Source of the DNA: Candidatus Riflebacteria bacterium HGW-Riflebacteria-2
GTDB lineage: Bacteria > Muiribacteriota > Ozemobacteria > Ozemobacterales > Ozemobacteraceae
Assembly: GCA_002839435.1 (NCBI GenBank)
Contig: PGYA01000001.1
Location: forward strand, 74,538 to 138,537
DNA length: 64,000 bases
Reading direction: 5' to 3'
Made by a program: the position numbers and the translations under genes. Numbering within the stretch: the first letter of the stretch is position 1; the number at the start of each line of letters is the position of its first letter. A model generated the notes under the pieces. It made no database searches and was not told the origin of the DNA. It worked only from the letters and a program-made list of their open reading frames with translations. This document shows positions 54,896-64,000 of the stretch, piece after piece.

Positions 54896-56686
54896 TCAGT
54901 TGAGGCGGGTGAGGACGTGCTGCAGGAAGAGCAGGAACTTTTTTGTGCCGGCTTCGGTGGTGGCATTACCGCCGTAGAATTCGGCTTCAAAGCACTGGGC
55001 CGCAGCGTGGCCGTCAGCGGGTCTCAGGTTGAGATCGAGGCAGATGCGCTCGAAGTATTCACCCGGCGTTTCGTATTCGTTGCGTGGCAGCACGCCACGT
55101 TCTGCCATAATCGTGGTAAAATCGTTGAAAAGTTTAGTGACATCGCAGCCTTCGAGTACAAACCCACTCATTTTCAGAAGGTTTTCAATATTCTGCCTGA
55201 ATTCTTCCACGTCTTGTTTTTTGGGCCCGGCATCGTCTGCCTTTCTGGCAAAAAGTTTCTGCAACCATTTGAGCAGTCTTTCGAATTTCTTTACAACCAG
55301 CCAGCTGAATGCCGCAATTAAAACAAACGCCATCGCTATGCGCAAAATATCCTTAACCAGTTGCCCATAATCGGTAGTCTGCTTTTTAAAAAGCTTTTCG
55401 GCCTCTTCGCGCTGGTGCTTTTCGACGCGAGACTGGTCTTTTACTACGGTTCCCGGAGTTTGCGCATTTTCGAAATGCTCTGCTGAAACTTTTCTGTGCG
55501 GCATTCGCTGCGCATTTTCCTGCTTGAGTTTATTTTTGATTGCATCGAGACTGGCTGCTTTCGGCAAAGCTACTCCGCTGGTAATCAACGGGGGCGTTTC
55601 GCCGCGCTTCGCATGTACATCGACAATTTTCCAGCCGCCGGTTGTCAGTATTTCCGCCCAGGCATGCGCCATGCCGGAAACCACAAAAAATCGGCCGTCA
55701 CGCTTCTTTTCAGTTACGTAACCGCCGGCAACACGGGCCGGAATACCGCGCAGACGGCAAAGAAGCACCAGCGCGGCAGAAAAGTGCTGGCAGTGGCCAG
55801 TCATCGAAGTTAGCAAAAATTCCCTGACCGGGTGTTCGCCTGTCTTAATCTGAAAATCTGTGTTGTATTCACCATGCGTCTCAAGAAAATCAACTATTTT
55901 AAGCACAGCAGGCACGCCGGGAGCCGCGCCTGTCGATACTTTGCCCGCCATTTCAAGCAGATCGACACTCATCAATGGACTGGTCGATAGATAAGGGCTG
56001 TCAGCTGGAACTTCGCCAATAACATCACCCGGAGCAAGAATAGATTGCGGCAGGTATGCAAGCTCGAACTCGTCGCCAACAGCAATCGTCTGGTCGAGCA
56101 GGAAACTGCCATCGCGCATGGCGCAGAATTTAAGCGGGCCAGCAAGGTTTTTCAGAACCGGCACATGCAGAAGCCGTTCCTCGTAGTTGCAGAAAAAATG
56201 CAGGTCAGCGGTATGAGCCGTCTGAGATGTCGACTCGGCAATTGCAGATTCATGATATATTTTATCTGGTGTCCGGTCCAGCCAGCTATCCATGCCATTG
56301 GCGGTGAAGCGCTCATAAGTGCCTGCCCGCAGATAAACACGTTCGGGCAGCGAACCTGACTTTGGTGCAAAAGTGCAGATCAGTTCTTTCAGCAGTTCTT
56401 CCTCTGAGTTGATAGGCGCCAGCTGCTGAGGTTTAAAGCTCATGCCACCCAAACCCTTGAGCGGAATCCGCTGCGCGACAGAAGAGCCATGCCCCTGGCC
56501 GGAATCTCGGCCTGAATATCCAGACATCATTGGATCATCGAACAGGAACAGCAGAATCAGGTAAATCGGCAGGCTGATAAGCAGTGCCGCAACCAGCAGT
56601 ACACGATCGGCTACGCCCGGCTTGTCGTCGAGGTCGATGCCTTCGACTACCTGATTCTGTTCGTGATCTTCATACATGTTTGTCAT
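54896..56686 (-). CDS. transglutaminase-like domain membrane protein (TgpA/DUF3488-type)
   Basis: The transglutaminase core 'GHCQHFSAALVLLCRLRGIPARVAGGYV...GMAHAWAEILTTGGWKIVDVH' (Cys-His-Asp) is present with N- and C-terminal TM segments. Confidence 0.75.
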   Translation of the reverse strand: MTNMYEDHEQNQVVEGIDLDDKPGVADRVLLVAALLISLPIYLILLFLFDDPMMSGYSGRDSGQGHGSSVAQRIPLKGLGGMSFKPQQLAPINSEEELLKELICTFAPKSGSLPERVYLRAGTYERFTANGMDSWLDRTPDKIYHESAIAESTSQTAHTADLHFFCNYEERLLHVPVLKNLAGPLKFCAMRDGSFLLDQTIAVGDEFELAYLPQSILAPGDVIGEVPADSPYLSTSPLMSVDLLEMAGKVSTGAAPGVPAVLKIVDFLETHGEYNTDFQIKTGEHPVREFLLTSMTGHCQHFSAALVLLCRLRGIPARVAGGYVTEKKRDGRFFVVSGMAHAWAEILTTGGWKIVDVHAKRGETPPLITSGVALPKAASLDAIKNKLKQENAQRMPHRKVSAEHFENAQTPGTVVKDQSRVEKHQREEAEKLFKKQTTDYGQLVKDILRIAMAFVLIAAFSWLVVKKFERLLKWLQKLFARKADDAGPKKQDVEEFRQNIENLLKMSGFVLEGCDVTKLFNDFTTIMAERGVLPRNEYETPGEYFERICLDLNLRPADGHAAAQCFEAEFYGGNATTEAGTKKFLLFLQHVLTRLN

Positions 56687-57999
56687 ACGACCGGCCCTGA
56701 TTCACTGCGCGAAGGCAGCAGCAGAAATTCAAGATTCATTTCGCTCAGTCTCTGCTTAAATTCTTCTTTACTGATGGTAAGACCGGTATCTTCTGAAAAC
56801 CTGGCCTGGTCGCTATCATCTATGGCCCACAGCGATACTCTGGCGCCTCTGGCCTGTAGCGTCAACAGGCCGCCAAGCAGTTCATCGACCGGCAGATGAA
56901 TGGTCTGGCTCAAAAATATCACTATTGTTCCCGGGCCGGCCTTGTTGAGAGCAAGACTGAGCAGCTGTGGCAGACCGCCTTCTTCGGCCGGTTTGAGATC
57001 GGCAAGTAATTCTGTCATAAAGCCGTAAACCGGAGTCGAGCCGCCCAGCCTTATGTGCTGTGCGACATCATCGATGCACAGACCCATGGCGGCCGGCAGG
57101 CCACGCTGGCAGGTTTCCCCGATAATCGCAGCGGCAATACGCAACAGCCGTTTCATGGTATTGCCGAAGCCGAAGCCACGCAGTTCCCGACGATCAGTAT
57201 GAACCAGCACCAGCACGTCGGGGCGGGTGTCGCGCTCGAACTGCTTGATGACCGGTCTGCCGGTTTGAGCGGTTTTCAGCCAGCTCATCGCCCTGATATC
57301 ATCGCCGGCAACGTATTCTTTGATGCCGTAAAAGTCCATGCCATGCCCGGCAAGACTCGAGCGACTGTCACCGATTGGCGTCAGGGCGTTGGTTTTGACC
57401 AGATCGAGATCTTCGGGAACCGGCGGATTGAGCCAGACTTTGAGCGGTGTTTTGAGCTGAAAAACTCTTTTTTCTTCAAAAAAATTGAACGGATCGCGCA
57501 CTGTCAGAACGGCCGGGCCAATATTGAAATTGCCATAACCGCGATTCAGGCGATGGCGATAAGAAATTCTGGCGCTGCCGTTGCCGGCAAAGTCTTCGGC
57601 TTTCAGCAATATTTCAGCGCTGCTGAGCACATCGACAGCGGGGAAGTCGTCTACGAGGAAGGCGTGCGGAAAGGGCAGAAGATTGTTGTAGTGCATGACC
57701 AGCTCGACCCTGACGACTTCGTTTTCGAGGCAGATCAGCGGCATTTCACGGCTGACCAGCCTGAAACCGCGAACGGCGGCTTTGATATAGAGGCGCGACA
57801 GCAGAATTACCACTGCCGGAAATATCACCAGTATCAACGCCTTAAAGTTAAATCCTGAACTGTAGCGCCCCGGGAAAAAGAGAAACACGCCAACAGCCAT
57901 CATCAGCAGCAGCAGATTGCGAACCCTGCTGGCTGGGTCGCTGAATATTCTGATAAAGCCGGTTAAACCGCCGGCCAGCTGATGGTGCACTCCCCACAT
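56683..57999 (-). CDS. DUF58 protein (vWA-like), the usual MoxR partner
   Basis: It has N-terminal TM segments and sits between MoxR and the transglutaminase with 4-nt overlaps. It is a 438-aa soluble domain typical of DUF58. Confidence 0.6.
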   Translation of the reverse strand: MWGVHHQLAGGLTGFIRIFSDPASRVRNLLLLMMAVGVFLFFPGRYSSGFNFKALILVIFPAVVILLSRLYIKAAVRGFRLVSREMPLICLENEVVRVELVMHYNNLLPFPHAFLVDDFPAVDVLSSAEILLKAEDFAGNGSARISYRHRLNRGYGNFNIGPAVLTVRDPFNFFEEKRVFQLKTPLKVWLNPPVPEDLDLVKTNALTPIGDSRSSLAGHGMDFYGIKEYVAGDDIRAMSWLKTAQTGRPVIKQFERDTRPDVLVLVHTDRRELRGFGFGNTMKRLLRIAAAIIGETCQRGLPAAMGLCIDDVAQHIRLGGSTPVYGFMTELLADLKPAEEGGLPQLLSLALNKAGPGTIVIFLSQTIHLPVDELLGGLLTLQARGARVSLWAIDDSDQARFSEDTGLTISKEEFKQRLSEMNLEFLLLPSRSESGPVV

Positions 58000-58014
58000 T
58001 GCCGCTCTCCGCTA

Positions 58015-59382
58015 TTATCTGCCGCTGTCTTTGCTGACTGGCACCGGAACGCTGTTGCTTACAGCCATTACAACATCGGTAGCTGTCACCCGTTTTACCA
58101 GAGCATGCGGCTGCAACATAAGTCTGTGTGCAAACACAGGCCCGACAAGTGTTTTAATGTCATCAGGAATCACGTAGTTTCTTCCGGAAACGCAAGCCCA
58201 GGCTCGCACAGCGTTCATCAGCGCAATCGAAGCGCGCGGACTCGGCCCCAGTATCAGCTCAGGATGCTTTCGCAGCGCCTCAGCCAGTGACAAAATATAG
58301 TCGAGCAGCTCTGGCGATATGGTTACCTTTTCGCGAATATACTGCTGAATCGATCTGAATTCGCGGCGGCTGACAATGGGGCGCAGAGTGGCCAGAGGGT
58401 TGCCGCTGCGGCGGGCGGTCAGCATATCGCGCTCGTGACTGCGATCGGGGTAACCCATGCTGAGCTTGAGCAGAAAACGGTCGAGCTGAGCTTCCGGCAG
58501 CGGGTAGGTGCCATGCTGTTCGACCGGGTTCTGGGTGGCCAGTACGAAAAAGACGTTGGGAATAGCAAAAGCGGCACCGTCAATCGACACCTGACGTTCT
58601 TCCATGACTTCGAGCAGGCTCGACTGCGTGCGCGGGGTGGCACGATTGATTTCGTCGGCCAGAAAAATATTGGTAAATACCGGCCCGCGTTTAAAAGAGA
58701 ATGATGAGTCGGCCGGGTTGTAAATCATGGTGCCGGTAACGTCCATCGGCAATAAATCTGGCGTAAACTGCACGCGTTTGAAATTGCAGTCGATGGTTGC
58801 TGCCAGTGCCCGCGCCAGCATGGTCTTGCCGGTTCCCGGCACGTCTTCGAGCAGGGCATGTGAATTGGCCAGTGCAGCAGTAAGAACCTGCTTAATCACT
58901 TCGGTTTTGCCGACAATCACCTTTTCGATGTTAGCGATGATCTTTGCGATAAGTGGCGCCGGGTCAAATTTTTCGAGATCGCTGATATCGGCGTTATCAT
59001 CGAGAATCTCGTCTTTGCTGGTGTTGCAAAGTATGGTTATTTCCTGCATACGCCTGCGATACCAGTCGTCTTCAATTTTAAGAACCTCTTTGAGAGCGAA
59101 CAGGTGCTTCTTCTCAATTTCGGTGAGAACACCGTCGTCGCTGGCGTAATCGCAGGCGCTCAAGAACAGGGCTTTGCCGTCAAAGTGCCGCGGCGCATCT
59201 TTGGCCGCATCGGCGGCAGCAATCGACTCGTGCAACTGCTGCTCGACCTTGGCTTTGCTTATTCCCAGCAGGTCGGCAAGAGCAATGATTTTTTGTTTAT
59301 CGGTCTCATCGAGGCGCTTGTCGCGCAAAGCCTCGATCAGCAATAATTTCATGGTATTGGCGGCGTTCAGTTCCTGGTTCAT
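58015..59382 (-). CDS. MoxR-family AAA+ ATPase with an unusual ~110-aa N-terminal TerB-like domain
   Basis: The AAA_3 region is 'HALLEDVPGTGKTMLARALAATIDCNFKRVQFTPDLLPMDVTGT', followed by 'VLATQNPVEQHGTYPLPEAQLDRF'. The N-terminus 'LLLIEALRDKRLDETDKQKIIALADLLGIS...DDGVLTEIEKKHLFALKEVL' is TerB-like. Confidence 0.75.
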   Translation of the reverse strand: MNQELNAANTMKLLLIEALRDKRLDETDKQKIIALADLLGISKAKVEQQLHESIAAADAAKDAPRHFDGKALFLSACDYASDDGVLTEIEKKHLFALKEVLKIEDDWYRRRMQEITILCNTSKDEILDDNADISDLEKFDPAPLIAKIIANIEKVIVGKTEVIKQVLTAALANSHALLEDVPGTGKTMLARALAATIDCNFKRVQFTPDLLPMDVTGTMIYNPADSSFSFKRGPVFTNIFLADEINRATPRTQSSLLEVMEERQVSIDGAAFAIPNVFFVLATQNPVEQHGTYPLPEAQLDRFLLKLSMGYPDRSHERDMLTARRSGNPLATLRPIVSRREFRSIQQYIREKVTISPELLDYILSLAEALRKHPELILGPSPRASIALMNAVRAWACVSGRNYVIPDDIKTLVGPVFAHRLMLQPHALVKRVTATDVVMAVSNSVPVPVSKDSGR

Positions 59383-59399
59383 GGGTTCAGACTCCCCTG

Positions 59400-59465
59400 C
59401 GATAATTCATTTTATTGCTGCATTATAAAGCAAAAACTGCGCAACCTGTAGAAAATTGCGCAGTC
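59400..59465 (-). terminator. rho-independent terminator (minus strand) after the DUF364 gene
   Basis: The minus strand reads 'ctgcgcaattttctacaggttgcgcag' followed by a T-rich run. Confidence 0.5.
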
Positions 59466-59478
59466 ACCTGTCGAGTCG

Positions 59479-60243
59479 TCAGCTTTTCTTTCTGAAAGCC
59501 ACCTTCTGGCCGGTGGAAAACATTTTGCCATTTTCGGCGCCTCTGATCAGGCGGGCTGCCCGTTCGACATCCTTTACCACAAAGCCGGAAAGATCACATG
59601 CGCCATACTCGAACAGCACCGGCGCCAATGTCGTCGAAGGCCCAACGATGGTAACTTTCTGCGCGCTTTTTGACAAGGCCAGATAGCGTGGCAGGGTTTT
59701 GTCGATAAGACTGGAACTGCCTATGAAAACGAAGTCGCTTTCGGGCATGAGATAGTCAGCGGCAGAGACCGGGTAATCGTCGTCCTGTGGCAGTTCACCT
59801 GAGATTATTTTCATTTCACAGACAGGTGCCAGCAGGGTCATGATATGCGGAAAATGGCCGAGCACCGTCACTTTTTTGCCGCGAACCTCATTCTGAGACA
59901 TGATAAAGGGGTCATAAATGCGGTCTTCAACATGCATCGAATCGCCGATCGGAATTCCGGCTGCCTTCGCCACTGCGAGATTGTTGTAATAAGCGTTAAT
60001 GGCAGCCAGTCCAAGCGAGGCTTCATAGAAATTCCAGGAACGGATACATTCGGCGACTTCGCGCAGAGGCGCTCCTTCGAGATTCCTGGTATAGACAGGC
60101 ATACGGTAATCATAAGCTCTGATTTCAGCTATGCCCAGGCCACCATTGCTTTTTACATAAGCAAACCCACTGCCCCGCACTATTTCTTCGGCTCTCCAGT
60201 CTTCTGGAATGCCTGCAATCAGCCTGTCGTATAATTCCCACAT
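59479..60243 (-). CDS. DUF364/DUF4213 protein (putative heavy-metal-chelation Rossmann-like fold)
   Basis: 'GSGFAYVKSNGGLGIA...ASLGLAAINAYYN...KVTVLGHFP...FVFIGSSSLI...IVGPST' is a typical DUF4213+DUF364 pattern. Confidence 0.5.
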   Translation of the reverse strand: MWELYDRLIAGIPEDWRAEEIVRGSGFAYVKSNGGLGIAEIRAYDYRMPVYTRNLEGAPLREVAECIRSWNFYEASLGLAAINAYYNNLAVAKAAGIPIGDSMHVEDRIYDPFIMSQNEVRGKKVTVLGHFPHIMTLLAPVCEMKIISGELPQDDDYPVSAADYLMPESDFVFIGSSSLIDKTLPRYLALSKSAQKVTIVGPSTTLAPVLFEYGACDLSGFVVKDVERAARLIRGAENGKMFSTGQKVAFRKKS

Positions 60244-61277
60244 CAGTTCTGTTCCTCACCTTTTACTGTATTCATACTGATTTCGTGACCGTGCCTGAGC
60301 CGGTTGCGCAGACGCAGCAGTGTAGCATCGAGCTTCTCTATGGCATCGAGACAGTTCTTTTCTTCGACTGAGGTTTCGATGATCCGGCTGATGCAACCAT
60401 TTTTTATGACCAGACGCTTGTCGGCGCTTAGCGCCAGTAATGGGTCATGCGTTGAAATGAAAACAATTTTTTCTTTCTGCGCGAGCAACTTGATAGCCTG
60501 ACGACGATCGATGCCAGCGTTTTCAATTTCATCGATAAGAACGACCGGAGACGAGCTCATGCAGGCAGTATCGGCAATCATCAGAGCACGCGACTGACCG
60601 CCACTGAGCTGGGTTACCTTGGTCTCGGGCGTGAATTTTTCACCGGCCAGTTCATTGGCACACTCGAAACATCTGGCGATGGCATTTTCAGCATCTCTGG
60701 TCATGCGGCTGCCGGCATGCATCTCGAGAAATTCCCTGACCGTGAGATCCATGACAAAATTCATGTTCTGCGATAACTGCGCCACCAGCTTGCCTTCCAT
60801 ATCAAAGCGTTGCCCTTCGCTTACTTCGCGGCCATCGATGTGAATGCGCCGGCCGGTCGGTGTGTCGCCGTCGGCGAGACACTCGATATCAGCGAGCAGT
60901 CTGCTTTTACCCGAACCGGTGGGTCCGACGATACTGATAATTTCGCCGACAGTGGCTGTCCATTGGGCGATTTCGGGTTCGCCCGACTTGCCATGACCGC
61001 CGATTATGGTCAGCGACCTTATGGAGGCAGCATCGGCGGCAACGCGGCTGAACGTTTCGAGAAACAGACTGAATTCGCGCAGAATCATGCCGCGATCAAG
61101 GCCGAATTCGGTTATGGCATCCTGATCGCTGTGATCGAGAGCCTGCATCAGCGGCAGGTTCCAGTCAAGATCAGTCAGACGCAGATTCATGAAAAAATCG
61201 CGACAGATCGGGTGTTCTGCCAGAATCTGGTTGAGTGGCGTTGCAATTGCCATTTCAAGATACTTTTCGGAGCTCAC
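60243..61277 (-). CDS. ABC-type ATPase with a ~100-aa N-terminal extension and no adjacent permease (orphan)
   Basis: Walker A 'IVGPTGSGKSRLL', signature 'LSGGQSRALMIADT' and Walker B 'VVLIDEIENAGID' are present. It has ATGA-type overlaps with both neighbours. Confidence 0.75.
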   Translation of the reverse strand: MSSEKYLEMAIATPLNQILAEHPICRDFFMNLRLTDLDWNLPLMQALDHSDQDAITEFGLDRGMILREFSLFLETFSRVAADAASIRSLTIIGGHGKSGEPEIAQWTATVGEIISIVGPTGSGKSRLLADIECLADGDTPTGRRIHIDGREVSEGQRFDMEGKLVAQLSQNMNFVMDLTVREFLEMHAGSRMTRDAENAIARCFECANELAGEKFTPETKVTQLSGGQSRALMIADTACMSSSPVVLIDEIENAGIDRRQAIKLLAQKEKIVFISTHDPLLALSADKRLVIKNGCISRIIETSVEEKNCLDAIEKLDATLLRLRNRLRHGHEISMNTVKGEEQN

Positions 61278-61966
61278 TCGGTTTTAAACTCCATTCTTTT
61301 CATTGTACCCATCTGGTATTCGGCGCCTATACGCATCTCACCGGTGCAATACGAACAGACTGCTGCCGGGGTTGTGAAGCGCAGCTTCATGTCACGCAGG
61401 CTGGTCAGCTCACGGGCGCCCTGCAGGTGTCTGGCAAGCAGCGAAGCGCCCTGACCGGTGATGCCATTAACAAAAATAATACGGGCAGCGGTGTTGACCT
61501 GCCTGATGTTGAAGGCAAAAACCTCGCGTTCAGCCTGTGAAACAATATCGCCCTTGGTTACCACGACGATATCGGCCATTTTGAGCATAGGCCCGATCTT
61601 GCGCGGCGTATTTACGCCCGAAAGATTGTCGATCACGCATACCGCCAGAATACCCTGAATATAAGGGGAACATCGGTTGCACAGCCCGGCGCTCTCGCTG
61701 ATCAGAGTGCCAAAACCGCATTTCAGGCCCCATTCTACGGCGGCCTCGATATTGCTGACAAAAAAATGATCTGGGCACAGCTTGCCCGAAAAACCGGTCT
61801 CGACACGCACGCCCTTTTCCGCATAGCGAAGGTTGTCGAATGATGTCAGGCAGTCGAACTTGACGACGCCGATTGTGTTGACATCGATGGCCATGGCCTC
61901 GATCAGCTTTAAAATAACCGAGGTTTTACCTGAAGAAGGCGGCCCGGCGAAAGTGATGAGCTTCAT
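61274..61966 (-). CDS. G3E-family P-loop GTPase (HypB/UreG/CobW-like metallochaperone) with a Cys-rich C-terminus
   Basis: Taking the internal Met start, the N-terminus is 'MKLITFAGPPSSGKTSVILKLI' (a P-loop). 'ESAGLCNRCSP' is similar to the HypB 'ENVGNLVCP' / UreG 'ESGGDNL' metal motif. 'VVVTKGD' is NKxD-like. The C-terminus is 'CSYCTGE'. Confidence 0.55.
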   Translation of the reverse strand: MKLITFAGPPSSGKTSVILKLIEAMAIDVNTIGVVKFDCLTSFDNLRYAEKGVRVETGFSGKLCPDHFFVSNIEAAVEWGLKCGFGTLISESAGLCNRCSPYIQGILAVCVIDNLSGVNTPRKIGPMLKMADIVVVTKGDIVSQAEREVFAFNIRQVNTAARIIFVNGITGQGASLLARHLQGARELTSLRDMKLRFTTPAAVCSYCTGEMRIGAEYQMGTMKRMEFKTE

Positions 61967-62092
61967 GAAAGTCCCCAGCGCGACTGATTTGTTGCTGAAA
62001 CAGTAGCAGTTATGCCATGAGCCTGTCAACGCGAAAGCTGTCGAAACGCATGCAGCATTTGTCTAAATTTTGCTTGGTTTATCAGGCGACTG

Positions 62093-62908
62093 ATGCCACA
62101 ATTATCTATGGTCAAAATTCACGGCAAATTCAACCGGCCGGGCGCCTTCGACTTTATTGCGGGCGCCACCTATGTCGGCGACTCACGCATGCTTGGGCTT
62201 GCCGTGTTTCTCGACCAGACTGACCCATCGCAGATTCTGTTAAGAATCAAAGAACGCCCGGTCAGAAGAGTTGATTACCGTGAATTTGCAAGGCTTATCG
62301 ATTTTCTTGAAACTTTTGCGGCTGGCGAAGCCTATTTATACTCTTCGCCAGACCCTGATCCACTAAAGGCTTCGGTGGTGCTGCTGGAGAACAACCGCAT
62401 TCTGTTGCGCCTGGAAGGAACTTCAACCGTACTTCTGCCGGTCGAATTTTTTCAAGCCCTTAACATTCTGGTGGCAATACGAAAAAAGCTGGAAGTCAAA
62501 ACACAAAAAGAGATTGAACGCAAGACAAGGCTCGATGAAACAAGTTTGCTGGTTCAGATAAACAACTGGCGCGGCCTGATTGTTTTTGCATTACTTGCTG
62601 CTGTTGATTTTTCGCTGCTGGTCAGCATTTTTTTCAGACCTGAACTCACTCTGTACTGGCTGACGCTGACCTTATTTCTCGGTTTCTGGCTCTTTGTTCT
62701 GCGACCAGCCTGGTCAGAGCGACTCACCAGCAAAGTTCGGTCATACATCAACGAAGATCTGTTGAACGATCTTTCGTTTCTGCATTTTCCAAGGCGCAGC
62801 GTCGAAATATTTCTGATCATACTGACGCTGGTAATCTTCTATTTCGTTTTCGGCAGCGACATGGCGCATTTTATAATGCGCTATTACCGAAAATCCAGAA
62901 TGCCCTGA
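62093..62908 (+). CDS. hypothetical membrane protein with a ~150-aa soluble N-terminal domain and 3-4 C-terminal TM segments
   Basis: The ORF is intact and hydrophobic helices 'LIVFALLAAVDFSLLVSIFF' and 'LTLTLFLGFWLFVL' are present. Confidence 0.45.
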   Translation: MPQLSMVKIHGKFNRPGAFDFIAGATYVGDSRMLGLAVFLDQTDPSQILLRIKERPVRRVDYREFARLIDFLETFAAGEAYLYSSPDPDPLKASVVLLENNRILLRLEGTSTVLLPVEFFQALNILVAIRKKLEVKTQKEIERKTRLDETSLLVQINNWRGLIVFALLAAVDFSLLVSIFFRPELTLYWLTLTLFLGFWLFVLRPAWSERLTSKVRSYINEDLLNDLSFLHFPRRSVEIFLIILTLVIFYFVFGSDMAHFIMRYYRKSRMP

Positions 62909-62918
62909 ACGCGGAAAA

Positions 62919-63446
62919 TCAGGCCTGATCGGCCAACGCAAGCAGAATCGCCGCTACGTCTTCCTTGTGTTCAACCAGAAAAAGCTTTACCGCCTTTTCG
63001 GGACCAAAAACAGCTGCACCCAGCTGTTTCGCGTCAGCAGAGACTCGCAACGCCATAACTCTCTGGCCATGCTGGCGCAGAAGCGACTCAACCTTGCGGT
63101 AAAAGCGTTCGACACCGTCGTTGCTCATCACCAGCATACGCGAAATTCGTTGCACTCTCTTTTCGCCAGTTTTCTTATCGACCAGGGCGATTCCGTGCGC
63201 TTCGTTGTCGAGAACACGCTCTATGCTCTCGATGCCGCGCGAAAGTCGGTCTTTATCGCGAGCCAGCGCCAGAACAGCTTTTACCGGGTCAGAAAAAGCC
63301 GCGACCGGAACCAGCACACTACTGCCCGACCAAAGCTTTTCAGAGTTCTGTGTGAGAAAGCTCTGCAGCTGTTCATATCTTTCATCTGTTTCAACCTGTT
63401 TTGGCAATGACAACTTTGTTTCAGGCGCAGTCACTTTCTGTTTCAA
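62919..63446 (-). CDS. hypothetical soluble protein of 175 aa
   Basis: The ORF is intact. I cannot assign a family with confidence. Confidence 0.4.
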   Translation of the reverse strand: MKQKVTAPETKLSLPKQVETDERYEQLQSFLTQNSEKLWSGSSVLVPVAAFSDPVKAVLALARDKDRLSRGIESIERVLDNEAHGIALVDKKTGEKRVQRISRMLVMSNDGVERFYRKVESLLRQHGQRVMALRVSADAKQLGAAVFGPEKAVKLFLVEHKEDVAAILLALADQA

Positions 63447-63451
63447 AATTT

Positions 63452-63910
63452 TTACCTGGCCAGTTCTTGTTCAATCTGTTGTATCGAGTAGTTGAAGCCC
63501 ATACCAAGAGTTTTATCGCTGCCAACTTCTACAGGCCAGAGGCCCTGTACGCCGTTGAGAATGCGCCAATTGCCGTCTTCATTCTTCACCAGAAAAAGCA
63601 CTACCCTTTCGCCTGGTTCGGGAAATCTCGGTCGATCACGAACAACAAAGCCCTTGCTGCCGGGAGTATTGAATTGAAGAGGCTTCTCAGCCTCAAGTGC
63701 GCCTTTGAGAATTTTTTCAATCTTGACTGTAGTGCTGGTTTCGGGAACTTTGGCGTCAGCCGGCGAGACTACCTGCTGGGTATCGACACTGGCAATCACT
63801 ATCGCTTCGGCTTTCTGCACAAGTTCAGGAAACGGAAGCGTCCTGATCATTGCGAAAGCTGGCATACCGAGGAACAAAATCATCAAAATCAAAATGCTTG
63901 AGCGTGTCAT
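63452..63910 (-). CDS. hypothetical secreted protein
   Basis: A signal peptide 'MTRSSILILMILFLGMPAFAMI' is present. It lies 5 nt downstream of the preceding gene on the same strand. Confidence 0.45.
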   Translation of the reverse strand: MTRSSILILMILFLGMPAFAMIRTLPFPELVQKAEAIVIASVDTQQVVSPADAKVPETSTTVKIEKILKGALEAEKPLQFNTPGSKGFVVRDRPRFPEPGERVVLFLVKNEDGNWRILNGVQGLWPVEVGSDKTLGMGFNYSIQQIEQELAR

Positions 63911-64000
63911 TTTCCGTCTCCTCATTATTTCCAGATGTTCTGCCTGATAAATTCGTAGCGCTCGGGGTCATGCTGCCGCATTTTTTCAGGATTTACAAAA

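Noticed and set aside
63947-64000. Possible 3' end of another minus-strand gene at the window edge
   Set aside because: It is too short (under 20 codons visible) to evaluate, so I did not annotate it.
1-64000. tRNA, rRNA and CRISPR search by eye across intergenic regions
   Set aside because: No cloverleaf-like conserved tRNA features (GTTC...TCGA arms with a CCA-proximal acceptor), rRNA-like segments or spacer-repeat arrays were recognised. A tRNAscan/Infernal run would be needed to exclude small RNAs definitively.

Overview
This is a 64 kb window of bacterial chromosome at roughly 50-55% GC. Gene content suggests an anaerobic deltaproteobacterium of the Desulfuromonadales type, given an LL-diaminopimelate aminotransferase lysine operon, many HDOD/PP2C/REC signalling proteins and a TunR-like Mo/W regulator. 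I support about 55 protein-coding genes and found no rRNA, tRNA or CRISPR array by eye. Housekeeping genes that I recognise are type I pullulanase (GH13), Tex, a YihY/BrkB membrane protein, DUF485 plus ActP acetate permease, a lysC-asd-lysA-dapL lysine operon, a TonB-dependent receptor and a MoxR-DUF58-transglutaminase triad. The rest is accessory and signalling-rich. It comprises tandem HDOD proteins; a minimal histidine kinase with REC-HDOD and REC-PP2C regulators; an 847-aa Cache-PAS-CBS-DUF294 nucleotidyltransferase sensor translationally coupled to a metallophosphoesterase; a Mop/TunR-like pair facing an operon of unknown function that includes a TiaS-like protein; a cNMP-binding/T2SSE_N/PilT-ATPase fusion; two tandem ~1000-aa membrane PP2C proteins, one apparently degenerate; TerB-domain proteins flanking the MoxR module; a DUF364 / orphan ABC-ATPase / HypB-UreG-like G3E GTPase trio; and many secreted or membrane hypotheticals. 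The non-coding observations are two small palindromic repeat families, a hexanucleotide microsatellite in the tex leader, and several clear rho-independent terminators and promoter-like sites. Every functional call below comes from reading motifs in the supplied translations. No database search was possible, so family names should be read as hypotheses, firmer where canonical motifs are quoted.
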